This document shows positions 50,784-60,217 of a DNA stretch of 64,000 nucleotides, one piece after another (the stretch's first letter is position 1; every line of letters begins with the position of its first letter). The notes beneath the pieces were generated by a model. It was not told where the DNA came from. It did not search any database and saw only the letters and a list, made by a program, of their open reading frames with translations. The stretch spans positions 384,001 to 448,000 of the forward strand of contig CAXXMU010000005.1 of NCBI GenBank assembly GCA_963667785.2, written 5' to 3'. Origin of the DNA: Alphaproteobacteria bacterium. Lineage in GTDB: Bacteria; Pseudomonadota; Alphaproteobacteria; UBA828. A program made the position numbers and the translations under genes.

Positions 50784-52286
50784 ATGAGGGTCAAGGACGG
50801 CGCCGCGCATCTCGCGTCTCTGGACCGGGACCGGGCGGTCTATCTCGACGGCACGCTGGTCACCCGCGTCGCCGACCACCCCGCCTTCGCCAACGGATGC
50901 CGCTCGGCGGCGGCGCTCTACGACTTCCAGGCCCGGCCCGAGAACGTCGAGTGGATGACCTTCGATACCGGCACGGGCCGGCGCGCCAACCGCGCCTGGC
51001 AGATGCCGCGCTCCTACGACGATCTGGTCGCGAACCGCGTGGCGATGACCGCCTGGGCGGAGCAGCACGGCGGCTTCATGGGGCGCTCGCCCGACCACCT
51101 GTCCTGCTGCATCAGCGGGCAGATCATGGGGATCGAGGTGTTCGAGCGGCACGGCGCGCGCTTCGCCGACGCCTACCGCGACTACTACCGCTACGCCCGG
51201 GACAACGACATCTTCCTCACCTACGTCATCATCAATCCCCAGGCCGACCGCTCGAAGGCCTGGGGAGAGCAGGCGAGCGAGGACCTCACCTGCCGCATCG
51301 TCGACGAGGACGGCGACGGCATCACCGTGCGCGGCGCGAAGATGCTCGGCACCAGCGCGATCATGGCCGAGGAGATCTTCGTCGCCAATCTCCAGCCCCT
51401 CCAGGAGGGCGAGGAGGATCTCGCGGTCTGCTTCGCCATGCCGCTCGACGCCGGCGGCGTCAAGATACTCTCGCGCAAGAGCTACGAGCAGAACGCCGTG
51501 ACGCCCTGGGACAATCCGCTCTCCTACCGCTTCGACGAGAACGACGCGCTGATCTTCTTCGACGACGTGAAGGTGCCGTGGGAGAGGGTGTTCGTCTTCC
51601 GCGACATCGACATGTGCCGGGCGCAGTTTCACGACACGCCGGGCCACGTCTACCAGAACTACCAGGCGCAGATTCGCTACACCGTGAAGATGAAGTTCCT
51701 CCTCGCCATCGCGCGGCGGATCACGGAGACCGTGGGCACCATCAAGATGCCGGCGGTGCGCGAGAGGCTGGGCCAGATGGCCTCCCAGATCGGCGTGGCG
51801 GAGGGCCTTCTCTACGGCATGGAGGCGGCCGGAACCCGGTATGGCGACTACTTCGTCCCGAAGAAGAGCCTCCTCTACGCCGCGACGGCCTACACCCAAG
51901 GGCTCTACCCCCAGTTCGTCACCGAGATCCGGGAGCTCGCGGGCGGCGGGCTGATCATGCTGCCGTCGTCGGCCGCCGATCTCGCCGACCCCGAGCTGGC
52001 CAGGCTGTTCGACACCGTGCTGGTCTCGGCGCGCGAGGGCGAGGACGCCTACGACCGGATCAAGTTCCTCAAGCTGGCCTGGGATGCGGTCGGCTCCGAG
52101 TTCGCCAGCCGGCACACCCAGTACGAGATGTTCTACAACGGCGCCCAGTTCGTCACGCGGGGGCACACCTTCCGGACCTACGACTGGGCGGGCGCGGAGC
52201 GCATCCTGAACGCCTTCCTCGAGGGCAACGACACGGCCTGGGCCGGCGGCGGGGCGCGGGGAGCGTCGCGTAAGGGCGCCGAATGA
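50784..52286 (+). CDS. Two-component flavin-dependent monooxygenase, oxygenase subunit (4-hydroxyphenylacetate 3-hydroxylase/HpaB family)
   Basis: HPAF, GRSPDH, INPQADRS, VRGAKML, RFDENDA and GSEFASRHTQYEMFY motifs. Confidence 0.9.
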   Translation: MRVKDGAAHLASLDRDRAVYLDGTLVTRVADHPAFANGCRSAAALYDFQARPENVEWMTFDTGTGRRANRAWQMPRSYDDLVANRVAMTAWAEQHGGFMGRSPDHLSCCISGQIMGIEVFERHGARFADAYRDYYRYARDNDIFLTYVIINPQADRSKAWGEQASEDLTCRIVDEDGDGITVRGAKMLGTSAIMAEEIFVANLQPLQEGEEDLAVCFAMPLDAGGVKILSRKSYEQNAVTPWDNPLSYRFDENDALIFFDDVKVPWERVFVFRDIDMCRAQFHDTPGHVYQNYQAQIRYTVKMKFLLAIARRITETVGTIKMPAVRERLGQMASQIGVAEGLLYGMEAAGTRYGDYFVPKKSLLYAATAYTQGLYPQFVTEIRELAGGGLIMLPSSAADLADPELARLFDTVLVSAREGEDAYDRIKFLKLAWDAVGSEFASRHTQYEMFYNGAQFVTRGHTFRTYDWAGAERILNAFLEGNDTAWAGGGARGASRKGAE

Positions 52287-52296
52287 GGACGGAGCA

Positions 52297-53481
52297 ATGC
52301 GTGTCGGCGTAACCAACCTAGCGACCATCGTCACCGGCGACTGGCGCGCCGGCCTCGCCGACGGCGACACGATCCTCATGGAGGGCGGGCTGATCGAGAA
52401 GGTCGGCGCGGCCGACGCCGGCGCGCTCGAGCGCTGCGACGTCGTCATCGACGCCGGCGGGGCCACGGCGATCCCCGGCCTGATCGACTCGCAGGTGCAC
52501 ATCACCTTCGGCGACTTCACCCCGCGCCAGAACACCGTCGGCTTTCTTTCCAGCTACCTCCATGGCGGGACCACGACCTCGATCTCGGCGTCCGAGGTGC
52601 ATGTGCCCGGCCGCCCCAGCGACCCGCAGGGGGTGAAGGCCCTCGCGGTCGCCGCGCACAAGTGCTTCAAGGACTACCGGCCCGGCGGCATGCTCGTCCA
52701 CGGCGGCTCGATCATCCTCGAGCCGGGGCTTACGGCAGAGGACTTCGCCGAGATTCACGCCGACGGAGTCTGGCTCGCCAAGGCCGGGTTCGGCGCCGTC
52801 GGCTCGGCGTCGGAGTACGTCGATCTCGTGCGCATGGCCCGGGAGGCGGGGCTGACCACGACGCTCCACACCGGCGGCGCCTCGATCCCCGGCTCCTTTC
52901 CCATCACCGGCCAGGACCTGATCGACATCGATCCGCACGTCTCGTTCCATATCAACGGCGGCCCCGTGGCCATCGCGGACGAGTATTTCGAGATCGTGGC
53001 ACGGGATACCGGGATCGCCATGCAGGTCTGCACGGCGGGGAACCTGCGGACGACGATCCTCTGCGCCGAGATGGCCCGCGCGCACGGCGCCTTCGACCGC
53101 TTCCTGATCGCGACCGACACGCCCACGGGCAGCGGGATCATGCCGCTCGGCATGATCTACACCATGATCCAGATCGCCTCGCTGACCGACTTCCACCCGG
53201 TCGAAATGATCGCGGCGGCGACGGGCAACGTGGCCAAGGTCTACGGCCTGAACAGCGGCTTCATCCGCGCGGGCTGCGATGCCGACCTTGTCATCGTCGA
53301 CGCGCCGCTCGGCGGCACCAAGGGCACCGCGCTCGAGGCGATGAAGAACGGCGATCCCTTCGCCATCGGCGCGGCGATCACGGACGGCGTGCCGCGCTTC
53401 GTCGGCCGCAGCCGCAACACGCCGCCGACCACCCGCAAGGTCGCCGTCGCCCGCTCGAACGTGGTCTCGACCTTCGCCTGA
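52297..53481 (+). CDS. Enamidase-like metal-dependent amidohydrolase
   Basis: GDFTPRQ, LHGGTTT, HVPGRP, HTGGASIPGS, HINGGP, DTPTGSG and SRNTPP match the enamidase family as I recall it. Confidence 0.85.
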   Translation: MRVGVTNLATIVTGDWRAGLADGDTILMEGGLIEKVGAADAGALERCDVVIDAGGATAIPGLIDSQVHITFGDFTPRQNTVGFLSSYLHGGTTTSISASEVHVPGRPSDPQGVKALAVAAHKCFKDYRPGGMLVHGGSIILEPGLTAEDFAEIHADGVWLAKAGFGAVGSASEYVDLVRMAREAGLTTTLHTGGASIPGSFPITGQDLIDIDPHVSFHINGGPVAIADEYFEIVARDTGIAMQVCTAGNLRTTILCAEMARAHGAFDRFLIATDTPTGSGIMPLGMIYTMIQIASLTDFHPVEMIAAATGNVAKVYGLNSGFIRAGCDADLVIVDAPLGGTKGTALEAMKNGDPFAIGAAITDGVPRFVGRSRNTPPTTRKVAVARSNVVSTFA

Positions 53482-53546
53482 GCGCAGCCGGGCGGGCGCC
53501 GACGTCGTGGTCGACCAGGGGTGCTCGGCCCTCCGACTCTTCCGAG

Positions 53547-55925
53547 TCAGCCGGCGCGCGGCGCGGACGGCTCCAGCCGGCAGCGATAGGCATTGTTTGG
53601 CGTTGAGCCGCCGATGGGATCGACGGCCTCGGTGCCGATCGCCGCATTGAAATTGGTGTTGTCGGACGCCGGGTAGCCGGAGAGGGAGAGCGCCTCGCAG
53701 CCCTGCCACCACCCATGCGTGGCGCTCACCACACTGGGATGCAGCTTCGCGGCGAAGCGGGCGCGGGCGCGCAGGGTGCCGTGGGGCGTCGTCAGCGTGA
53801 CCCAGTCCCCCTCGCCGATCGCGTGCGTGGCCGCCGTCTCGGGGCTGATCTCCACCAGCGGATCGGGCTCGTGACGCCGGAGCGACGGGAGATTCCGGTT
53901 CTGGCTGTGCAGGAAGTGCGTCGACTTGGCGCAGGTGAGCACCAGCGGGAATTCGTCCGTTAGCGCGGTGTCGCCGTTCTTGCCGATGGCCGGCTCGACA
54001 TGGTCCGGCAACGGCGCGTAGCCGTGCTCCAGGAAGCGCTCGGCGTAGATCTCGACCTTCTTGCTCGGCGTATCGAAGCCGGCCGGGCGGCCGTCGACGG
54101 GCGCGGCGAACCTGCGGCGGCGCACCGGCAGCGCCGCCTTCACGCCCCGCGGGTTCTCCCGCAGGGCCTCCAGCGTGATGCCGCTCGGCGCGAGCTGATG
54201 CCTGTAGGCCGCATCGCGGTCGCCGTTCCAGAACAGGTTGCCGAGACCCAGACGCTCGGCGAGCGCGAAGGCGATCTCCATGTCGGAGCGGGCCTCGCCG
54301 CGAGCCTCGACCACCGCCGGCCGGAGCTGGGCATGGGCGCTCGCCTCCTGGTCCACCAGGAAGTCGGTGCAGAGCCCCTCCCGCTCCCAGGCGGATGCGA
54401 CCGGCAGCACGATGTCCGCATAGGCCGCCGTCGGGTTCATGAAGAGGTCGGCGTGGACCATGAATTCGAGGGCGCCGAGGGCCCTGGCGCCGCGCGCGCC
54501 GTCGGCATGGGTGTAGAGGATGTTCTTGCCGAAGTTGACGAGCGCCCGCACCGGATAGGGGCGATGATCGAGGACCGCCTCGTAGAGCGCATCCGTGTTG
54601 ATCCAGCCCCCGGATTCCGGGCCGAGCGGCCGCTCCTCGAGGCCGAGCGTCCTGCTCCACAGGTCCTCGGGCATCAGGTCGGCGGCCATCACGTCGTTGG
54701 TCGGGATGGTCGCAGGCACCACGTTGCCCCCTTCCGAATCGAAGCTTCCGGTGAGGGCGTAGAGCAGGGCGATGGCGCGGTTGGTCTGGCTCGCGTTCGC
54801 CAGCATCTCGAGCCCGGACCAGGCGTAGAACGAGACCGACCCCGACGTGCCGATGAGCCGCGCCGTCTCGCGGATCTGCGAGGCCGGCACCCAGGTGATC
54901 TCCTCGACGCGCTCGGGCGGGTAGCGCCGGCAGAGCTCGGCGTAGAGGTCAAATGCGGGCCGGCAGGCGAGGGTGCCGTGCGGGCCGGCGATCTCGTAGC
55001 GGCCGTCGAGCGCGAGGCGGGCGCCCTCGCGCTCGTAGACGCCGCTCTGCGTGTCGTAGCGAAGCGGCGCGTCCGTGCCGGCGTCCCAGGCGACGCGCTC
55101 CGCCGGGTCGCCGCCCTCGCCCATGTCGGCGCCGGTGAGGAAGCGCCCGGTGTCCTCGCGCACCAGCAAGGGGCCGTTGGTCCAGCGCGTGACGAACTCC
55201 CGGTCGAACCAGCCCTCCGCGATCATGACGCCGGCGAGGCCGAGCGCCAGCGCGCCGTCGCTGCCTGGGCGCACGCGGAGCCATTGATCGGCCTTGTTGG
55301 CGAAGCCGGCGCCGCGCGGGTCGACGACCACGAGCGCAGCGCCCCGCGCCTTGGCGTCCGCGATCCGCGTCGCATGGGCGAGCCAGGTCGTGCTCGGGTT
55401 GTGCCCCCAGAGGATGAAGCAGTCCGTCCGCTCGAGGTCGGCCACGGGCAGCGGCACGCCGAAGGTGTGGGGAAACACCATCTCCTTGGCGAAGGCGCAG
55501 AGCTCCATCGCGACGGCCGCGTTGGGGCTGCCGAAGGCGCGCCGCAGACGCTCGACCCAGGCGTAGCCGTCCTGCATCGCGGTGCCGGCCGTGGTCGTGA
55601 TGCCGAACGCGACCGTCTCGGGCCCCGATTCCTTCGCCTGCCGCGTGAGCGTGTCGGCGATCGTGTCGAGCGCTTCGTCCCAGCCGATGCGCTGCCAGCC
55701 GGGGTCGGCCGCGCCCTTCGGCTGCGTGCGCTTCAGCGGGTGGAGCAGCCGCTCGGGATGATGCACCAGCTCCGGCGCGGCCCGGCCCTTGGCACAGAGC
55801 GCCTTGCCGGTGGGATGCGCCGGATCCGGCTCCACCCGGACGAGGCGGCCGTCCTTTACCGTGGAGATGCAGCCGCAGCGCGACCAGCAGAGGGCGCAGA
55901 ATCCGTGGATGCGCTCGGTGGCCAT
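53547..55925 (-). CDS. Cytoplasmic molybdopterin (bis-MGD) oxidoreductase with N-terminal 4Fe-4S cluster
   Basis: CALCWSRCG..LCAKG, WGHNP, ADIVLP and HSQNR motifs; GGAGG RBS; no Tat signal. Confidence 0.88.
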   Translation of the reverse strand: MATERIHGFCALCWSRCGCISTVKDGRLVRVEPDPAHPTGKALCAKGRAAPELVHHPERLLHPLKRTQPKGAADPGWQRIGWDEALDTIADTLTRQAKESGPETVAFGITTTAGTAMQDGYAWVERLRRAFGSPNAAVAMELCAFAKEMVFPHTFGVPLPVADLERTDCFILWGHNPSTTWLAHATRIADAKARGAALVVVDPRGAGFANKADQWLRVRPGSDGALALGLAGVMIAEGWFDREFVTRWTNGPLLVREDTGRFLTGADMGEGGDPAERVAWDAGTDAPLRYDTQSGVYEREGARLALDGRYEIAGPHGTLACRPAFDLYAELCRRYPPERVEEITWVPASQIRETARLIGTSGSVSFYAWSGLEMLANASQTNRAIALLYALTGSFDSEGGNVVPATIPTNDVMAADLMPEDLWSRTLGLEERPLGPESGGWINTDALYEAVLDHRPYPVRALVNFGKNILYTHADGARGARALGALEFMVHADLFMNPTAAYADIVLPVASAWEREGLCTDFLVDQEASAHAQLRPAVVEARGEARSDMEIAFALAERLGLGNLFWNGDRDAAYRHQLAPSGITLEALRENPRGVKAALPVRRRRFAAPVDGRPAGFDTPSKKVEIYAERFLEHGYAPLPDHVEPAIGKNGDTALTDEFPLVLTCAKSTHFLHSQNRNLPSLRRHEPDPLVEISPETAATHAIGEGDWVTLTTPHGTLRARARFAAKLHPSVVSATHGWWQGCEALSLSGYPASDNTNFNAAIGTEAVDPIGGSTPNNAYRCRLEPSAPRAG

Positions 55926-56161
55926 GGCTTGCCTCCTCCGGCTCTCGGCGGCTCCCGTATGCTCAGACGGCGCTTTCAGCGCGATCGACGGGTTGCCGCT
56001 GCTCATTTCTAGCGGATCGCCGGTCTTTCGGAAATGTCGGCCTCTCGCGCTGATGGCCCGGGCGCGCCTCCCGTGATAGAGACAACGCGACAGTCGGGCG
56101 CGCGGGGAGACGCGCACCCGATCGACCTGCAGCAACGGGTCGCACGCGACGGGACCGGAGC

Positions 56162-57076
56162 ATGGCGCAGCTCAATACCTTCGACGCCGACGCAGGCGCG
56201 GACCCGCTGGTGGCGGCGATCGAGCGGGACGGCTACGCGATCGTGCGGGAGATACTCGACCCGAAGACCCGCGCGCGGCTCACGGGCGAGCTGGCCCCGC
56301 ACCTGGAGGCGACGGCGCTCGGCGACCCCGACGCCTTCTTCGGGCAGAAGACGAAGCGCTTCGGCGCGTTGCTTTCGCGCTGCCCGACGAGCCGCGACAT
56401 GGTCGTGCATCCGCTCGTGCTGGAGATCGCCGACCGCGTCCTCGGGCCCTACTGCGCGCGCTACCAGATCCACTACACCGGGGTGATGCACATCGAGCCC
56501 GGCGAGACCGCGCAGTCGATGCATCGGGATACCGGCCTCTATCCCATCCAGAACCCGGCACCGCCGCTGACGCTCGCGACCATGTGGGCGGTGAGCGACT
56601 TCTCGGAGGAAAACGGGGCCACCCGCTTCGTGCCGGGAAGCCACCGCTGGCCCGATCAGCGCGTTCCGACGCCGGAGGAGATCGCGGTGGCCGAGATGCC
56701 GGCGGGCTCGCTGCTGATCTACGTGGGCAGCCTGATCCACGGCGGCGGCGCCAACCGCTCGAACGCCGCCCGCTGCGGCGTCGCCCTGCACTACTGTCTC
56801 GGCTGGCTGCGCCAAGAGGAGAACCAGTATCTCGCCGTGCCGATGGAGGAGGCCCGGACCTTCCCCCACCGGCTGCAATGCCTGATGGGCTACGACCTCG
56901 GCACGGTCAATCTGGGCTTCGTCGACCACAAGCACCCGAACGACGTCCTGAACGGAACCGCGGGCGAGCAGGCCGGCGTGCTCGGCCCTCAGGAGCTGAT
57001 GGACGCGGACAACGCGATCCAGCGCTTCAGGATCGACGGAACCGAGGCCATCGGCCGCGCGCGGATGAAGGTTTAG
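56162..57076 (+). CDS. Phytanoyl-CoA dioxygenase (PhyH)-family Fe(II)/2-oxoglutarate dioxygenase
   Basis: QSMHRD (HxD), NGATRFVPGSH, HGGGAN and GWLRQEENQY motifs. Confidence 0.88.
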   Translation: MAQLNTFDADAGADPLVAAIERDGYAIVREILDPKTRARLTGELAPHLEATALGDPDAFFGQKTKRFGALLSRCPTSRDMVVHPLVLEIADRVLGPYCARYQIHYTGVMHIEPGETAQSMHRDTGLYPIQNPAPPLTLATMWAVSDFSEENGATRFVPGSHRWPDQRVPTPEEIAVAEMPAGSLLIYVGSLIHGGGANRSNAARCGVALHYCLGWLRQEENQYLAVPMEEARTFPHRLQCLMGYDLGTVNLGFVDHKHPNDVLNGTAGEQAGVLGPQELMDADNAIQRFRIDGTEAIGRARMKV

Positions 57077-57123
57077 GCGAAAGCCCGGCGGGCGGCCCAC
57101 CGCTAAAACCGCGCGCCCTCACC

Positions 57124-58029
57124 TCATAGCGGATCCCAGCTGAACACGTCGCCGGAGCGATCCAGCGCGGCGAAGTGGGACTGCAGCGCCGGCACGGCAT
57201 GGTCGGCGATAGCCTGCACGTCCCACCCCTCGCTCCGGTGGACGCTGCGAACGGGCCGGAAGGGCGCGAGGAGAAAGATCTCGTTGTGGCGCGCGGCGAA
57301 GACCTGCCCGGTGATGTCGCGCGCGGCGTCCGACGCGAGAAACACGGCGAGCGGGGCGTTCTTCGCCGGCGTCATCTTCCTCAGCCGCGCGATCCTCTCC
57401 CTCTGCTCGTCGGTCTCGGCCGGGATCTCGCTCGTCATCCGGCTCCAGGCGAAGGGCGCGATGCAGTTGGAGCGCACGTTGAAGCGCCGCATGTCGAGCG
57501 CGATCGACTTGGAGAGCGCGCAGATGCCGAGCTTGGCCGCGGCGTAGTTGGCCTGCCCGAAATTGCCGATCAGCCCCGACGTGCTGGTCATGTGCACGAA
57601 CGCGCCCGATTCCTGTCGCCGGAAGTGCTCCGCCGCCGCGCGGCTGAGGAAGAAGCTGCCGTTGAGGTGCACGCCGACGACGGAGAGCCACTGCTCGGCC
57701 GTCATCTTGTGGAAGATCGTGTCGCGCAGGATGCCGGCGTTGTTCACCACGATGTCGATCCGCCCGAAGGCCCCAAGCGCCGTCTCCACGATGGCGCGCG
57801 CGCCGTCCCAGCTCTCGACGCCGTGCGTGTCGACGACCGCCCTCCCGCCGGCCTCCTCTATCAGCCCCTTCGTCTCCTCGGCCGGGGCTGCCGACCCGCC
57901 CTCGCCCGTGACCGAGACGCCGATATCGTTGACGACGACGGCGGCCCCGGTCCGTGCCAGCGCAAGCGCGATCTCGCGCCCTATGCCGCCGCCCGCGCCG
58001 GAGACGATTGCAACCCTTCCCTCGTTCAC
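57124..58029 (-). CDS. SDR 3-hydroxyacyl-CoA dehydrogenase (MFE-2 type)
   Basis: SGAGGGIG, VVVNDIG, NNAGILRD and GQANYAAAK motifs; GGGAG RBS before GTG. Confidence 0.88.
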   Translation of the reverse strand: MNEGRVAIVSGAGGGIGREIALALARTGAAVVVNDIGVSVTGEGGSAAPAEETKGLIEEAGGRAVVDTHGVESWDGARAIVETALGAFGRIDIVVNNAGILRDTIFHKMTAEQWLSVVGVHLNGSFFLSRAAAEHFRRQESGAFVHMTSTSGLIGNFGQANYAAAKLGICALSKSIALDMRRFNVRSNCIAPFAWSRMTSEIPAETDEQRERIARLRKMTPAKNAPLAVFLASDAARDITGQVFAARHNEIFLLAPFRPVRSVHRSEGWDVQAIADHAVPALQSHFAALDRSGDVFSWDPL

Positions 58030-58057
58030 CGTTCGAGTCTCCCTTGATACCGGCGCC

Positions 58058-58903
58058 TCAGGCGAAGGTCGCGAGTCCGTTGCGCAGCACGACGACATCG
58101 CGCTCGACGGCCCGGGCGCGAAAGGCGCCGCCCTGCCACATCTCCACCTCGACGGTCTCGCCCGGAAAGACCGGCGCCGAGAAGCGCGCGGACATGCTGC
58201 GGAGCGCGCCGGGATCGTCGTGCGCGAACGCGCGCAGAAGGGCGTGGCAGGCGATGCCGAAGGTGCAGAGCCCGTGGAGGATCGGCCGGTCGAAGCCCGC
58301 CTCCCGCGCGACCTCGGGGTCGAGATGGAGCGGGTTGGGATCGCCGTTGAGACGATAGAGGAGCGCCTGCTCCGGCCGGGTCGCGACGCGGGCGGTGCGG
58401 TCGGGCACACCGCCGGGCTCCTCCGGCGCAGGCCGCGGCGTGCCGGAGGGTCCGTCGTAGCCGCCGTCGCCCCGGAGCATGATCGTGCGCGTCTCGGTCG
58501 CGATGACCGCGCCCGTCCCGACCTCGCGCAGGTCCTTCTCGAGATAGAGCAGCGCGCCCTTGGCCGCGCCCTTGTCGACGACATCGACGATCCGGGTCAC
58601 GCCCGCGACCGTGCCGGCGCTGGGGATCGGCCGCTGCAGGCGGAAGCCCTGCTCGGCATGGACGAGGCGGGTCGCGTCCACCGTCGTGCGCGAATCGGCC
58701 AGCCAGAAGCCGGGATGGCCGAGCACCGAGCAGAACGACGGCACGATGACGGGACCCTTCCGCTCGTCCACGAACTGCAGTTGCCACGGGTCGAGGGGAT
58801 CGCGGCCGAGGCCGATCGAGAGCGCGTAGCGGACCGCGTCGAGGGGGCCGAAGGTCTGGCGGGCCTCGGGAATCTCGAAGCCCATGAGCGCGTCGTAGTT
58901 CAC
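58058..58903 (-). CDS. Double hot-dog (R)-enoyl-CoA hydratase (MaoC/hydratase-2)
   Basis: YRLNGDPNPLHLDP..AGFDRPILHGLCTFG hydratase-2 motif. Confidence 0.9.
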   Translation of the reverse strand: MNYDALMGFEIPEARQTFGPLDAVRYALSIGLGRDPLDPWQLQFVDERKGPVIVPSFCSVLGHPGFWLADSRTTVDATRLVHAEQGFRLQRPIPSAGTVAGVTRIVDVVDKGAAKGALLYLEKDLREVGTGAVIATETRTIMLRGDGGYDGPSGTPRPAPEEPGGVPDRTARVATRPEQALLYRLNGDPNPLHLDPEVAREAGFDRPILHGLCTFGIACHALLRAFAHDDPGALRSMSARFSAPVFPGETVEVEMWQGGAFRARAVERDVVVLRNGLATFA

Positions 58904-58988
58904 GGCCCGGGACTGGCGGCGCGCGGCGGGCGGGTCACGGGCCTCGCAATCGATCGGGGGGCCGTTGCGGACCGGCGCGGCGCCCGCT

Positions 58989-60191
58989 TCAGCCGTCGTA
59001 GTGTCCGACGATCGCCACGCTGCAGATGTTCTGCGCGGGATGGCCGCCCAGATTGTGGGTGAGCCCGTAGCGCATGGTGCCGATCTGGCGCTCGCCGGCG
59101 CGGCCCAGGAACTGCAGATAGATCTCGTAGAGCATCCTTAAGCCCGAGGCACCGATGGGGTGGCCGAAGCACTTCAGGCCGCCATCGATCTGGCAGGGCA
59201 TCTCGCCGTCGGCGTCGAAACGGCCGTCGAGCACCGCCTTCCAGGCCTGGCCCTCGTCGGCGAGGCCGAGGTCCTCCATCGTCACCAGCTCGGTGATCGA
59301 GAAGCAGTCGTGGACCTCGGTCGCGCTGATCTCCTTGCGCGCATCGTCGATGCCGGCCTCCTCGTAGGCGCGGCGCGCGGCGATGCGCGTGGTCTTGAAG
59401 TGGGCGCCGTCCCAGCCGTTGAAGCCGACCTCCTCGCCGTTCGAGACGCTGAGCTGCAGGGCCTTGACCGTCACGACATCGGTCCTGCCCAGGGTCACGG
59501 CGATCTCCGGCGTGGTGACGATGGCACAGGCCGCGCCGTCGCTGACGCCACAGCAATCGAACAGGCCGATGGGCTCGGCAACCATCGGCGCCGCGATCGC
59601 CTGCTCGTGGGTGATCTCGCGCCTGAGATGCGCCTTGGGATTGCGCGCGCCGTTGGCGTGGCTCTTGACCGAGACGTGCGCCATCGCGCGCTTGAGATCG
59701 TCCCCGTCGATGCCGTGAGCGCCGCGATAGCCGGCCGCGAGCTGCGCGAACGCGCCGGGGGCGGAGACGGTGGGGGCGAACAGATCGTTGGTCACCCCGC
59801 GGGTGCGGGCCGGCAGGCCGCCGTAGCCGGTGTCCTTCAGCTTCTCCACGCCGAGCGCGAGCGCGAAGTCCGCAGCGCCCGAGGCCACGGCGTAGCAGGC
59901 GCCGCGGAAGGCCTCCGTGCCGCTCGCGCACATGTTCTCGACGTGCGTGACGGGGATGTAGCCGAGCCTGAGCGCGGTCGCGAGCGGCAGCGCGCTCGGC
60001 CCGACGTTGACGGAATCGAAGGCTGTGCTGAGCCATGCCGCATCGATCTGCGAGCGCTCGATCCCGGCGTCGGCGATGCATTCCTCGAACGCCTCGGCCA
60101 TCAGGTCCGAGGGCTCCGCATCCCACCGCTCGCCGAACTTCGAGCATCCCATCCCGAGGATGGCGACCTTGTCTCGAATGCCGCTGGCCAT
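58989..60191 (-). CDS. SCP2/archaeal-type thiolase (acetyl-CoA acetyltransferase)
   Basis: VENMCASG (catalytic Cys), EVHDCF, GHPIGASG and HNLGG motifs. Confidence 0.9.
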   Translation of the reverse strand: MASGIRDKVAILGMGCSKFGERWDAEPSDLMAEAFEECIADAGIERSQIDAAWLSTAFDSVNVGPSALPLATALRLGYIPVTHVENMCASGTEAFRGACYAVASGAADFALALGVEKLKDTGYGGLPARTRGVTNDLFAPTVSAPGAFAQLAAGYRGAHGIDGDDLKRAMAHVSVKSHANGARNPKAHLRREITHEQAIAAPMVAEPIGLFDCCGVSDGAACAIVTTPEIAVTLGRTDVVTVKALQLSVSNGEEVGFNGWDGAHFKTTRIAARRAYEEAGIDDARKEISATEVHDCFSITELVTMEDLGLADEGQAWKAVLDGRFDADGEMPCQIDGGLKCFGHPIGASGLRMLYEIYLQFLGRAGERQIGTMRYGLTHNLGGHPAQNICSVAIVGHYDG

Positions 60192-60217
60192 CTCCGCTCC
60201 TCTCGCGCCGTGAGGCC

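Noticed and set aside
53547-55925. Acetylene hydratase, or a selenocysteine-containing formate dehydrogenase
   Set aside because: Catalytic Asp position is Trp; no in-frame TGA and no FDH active-site motif seen
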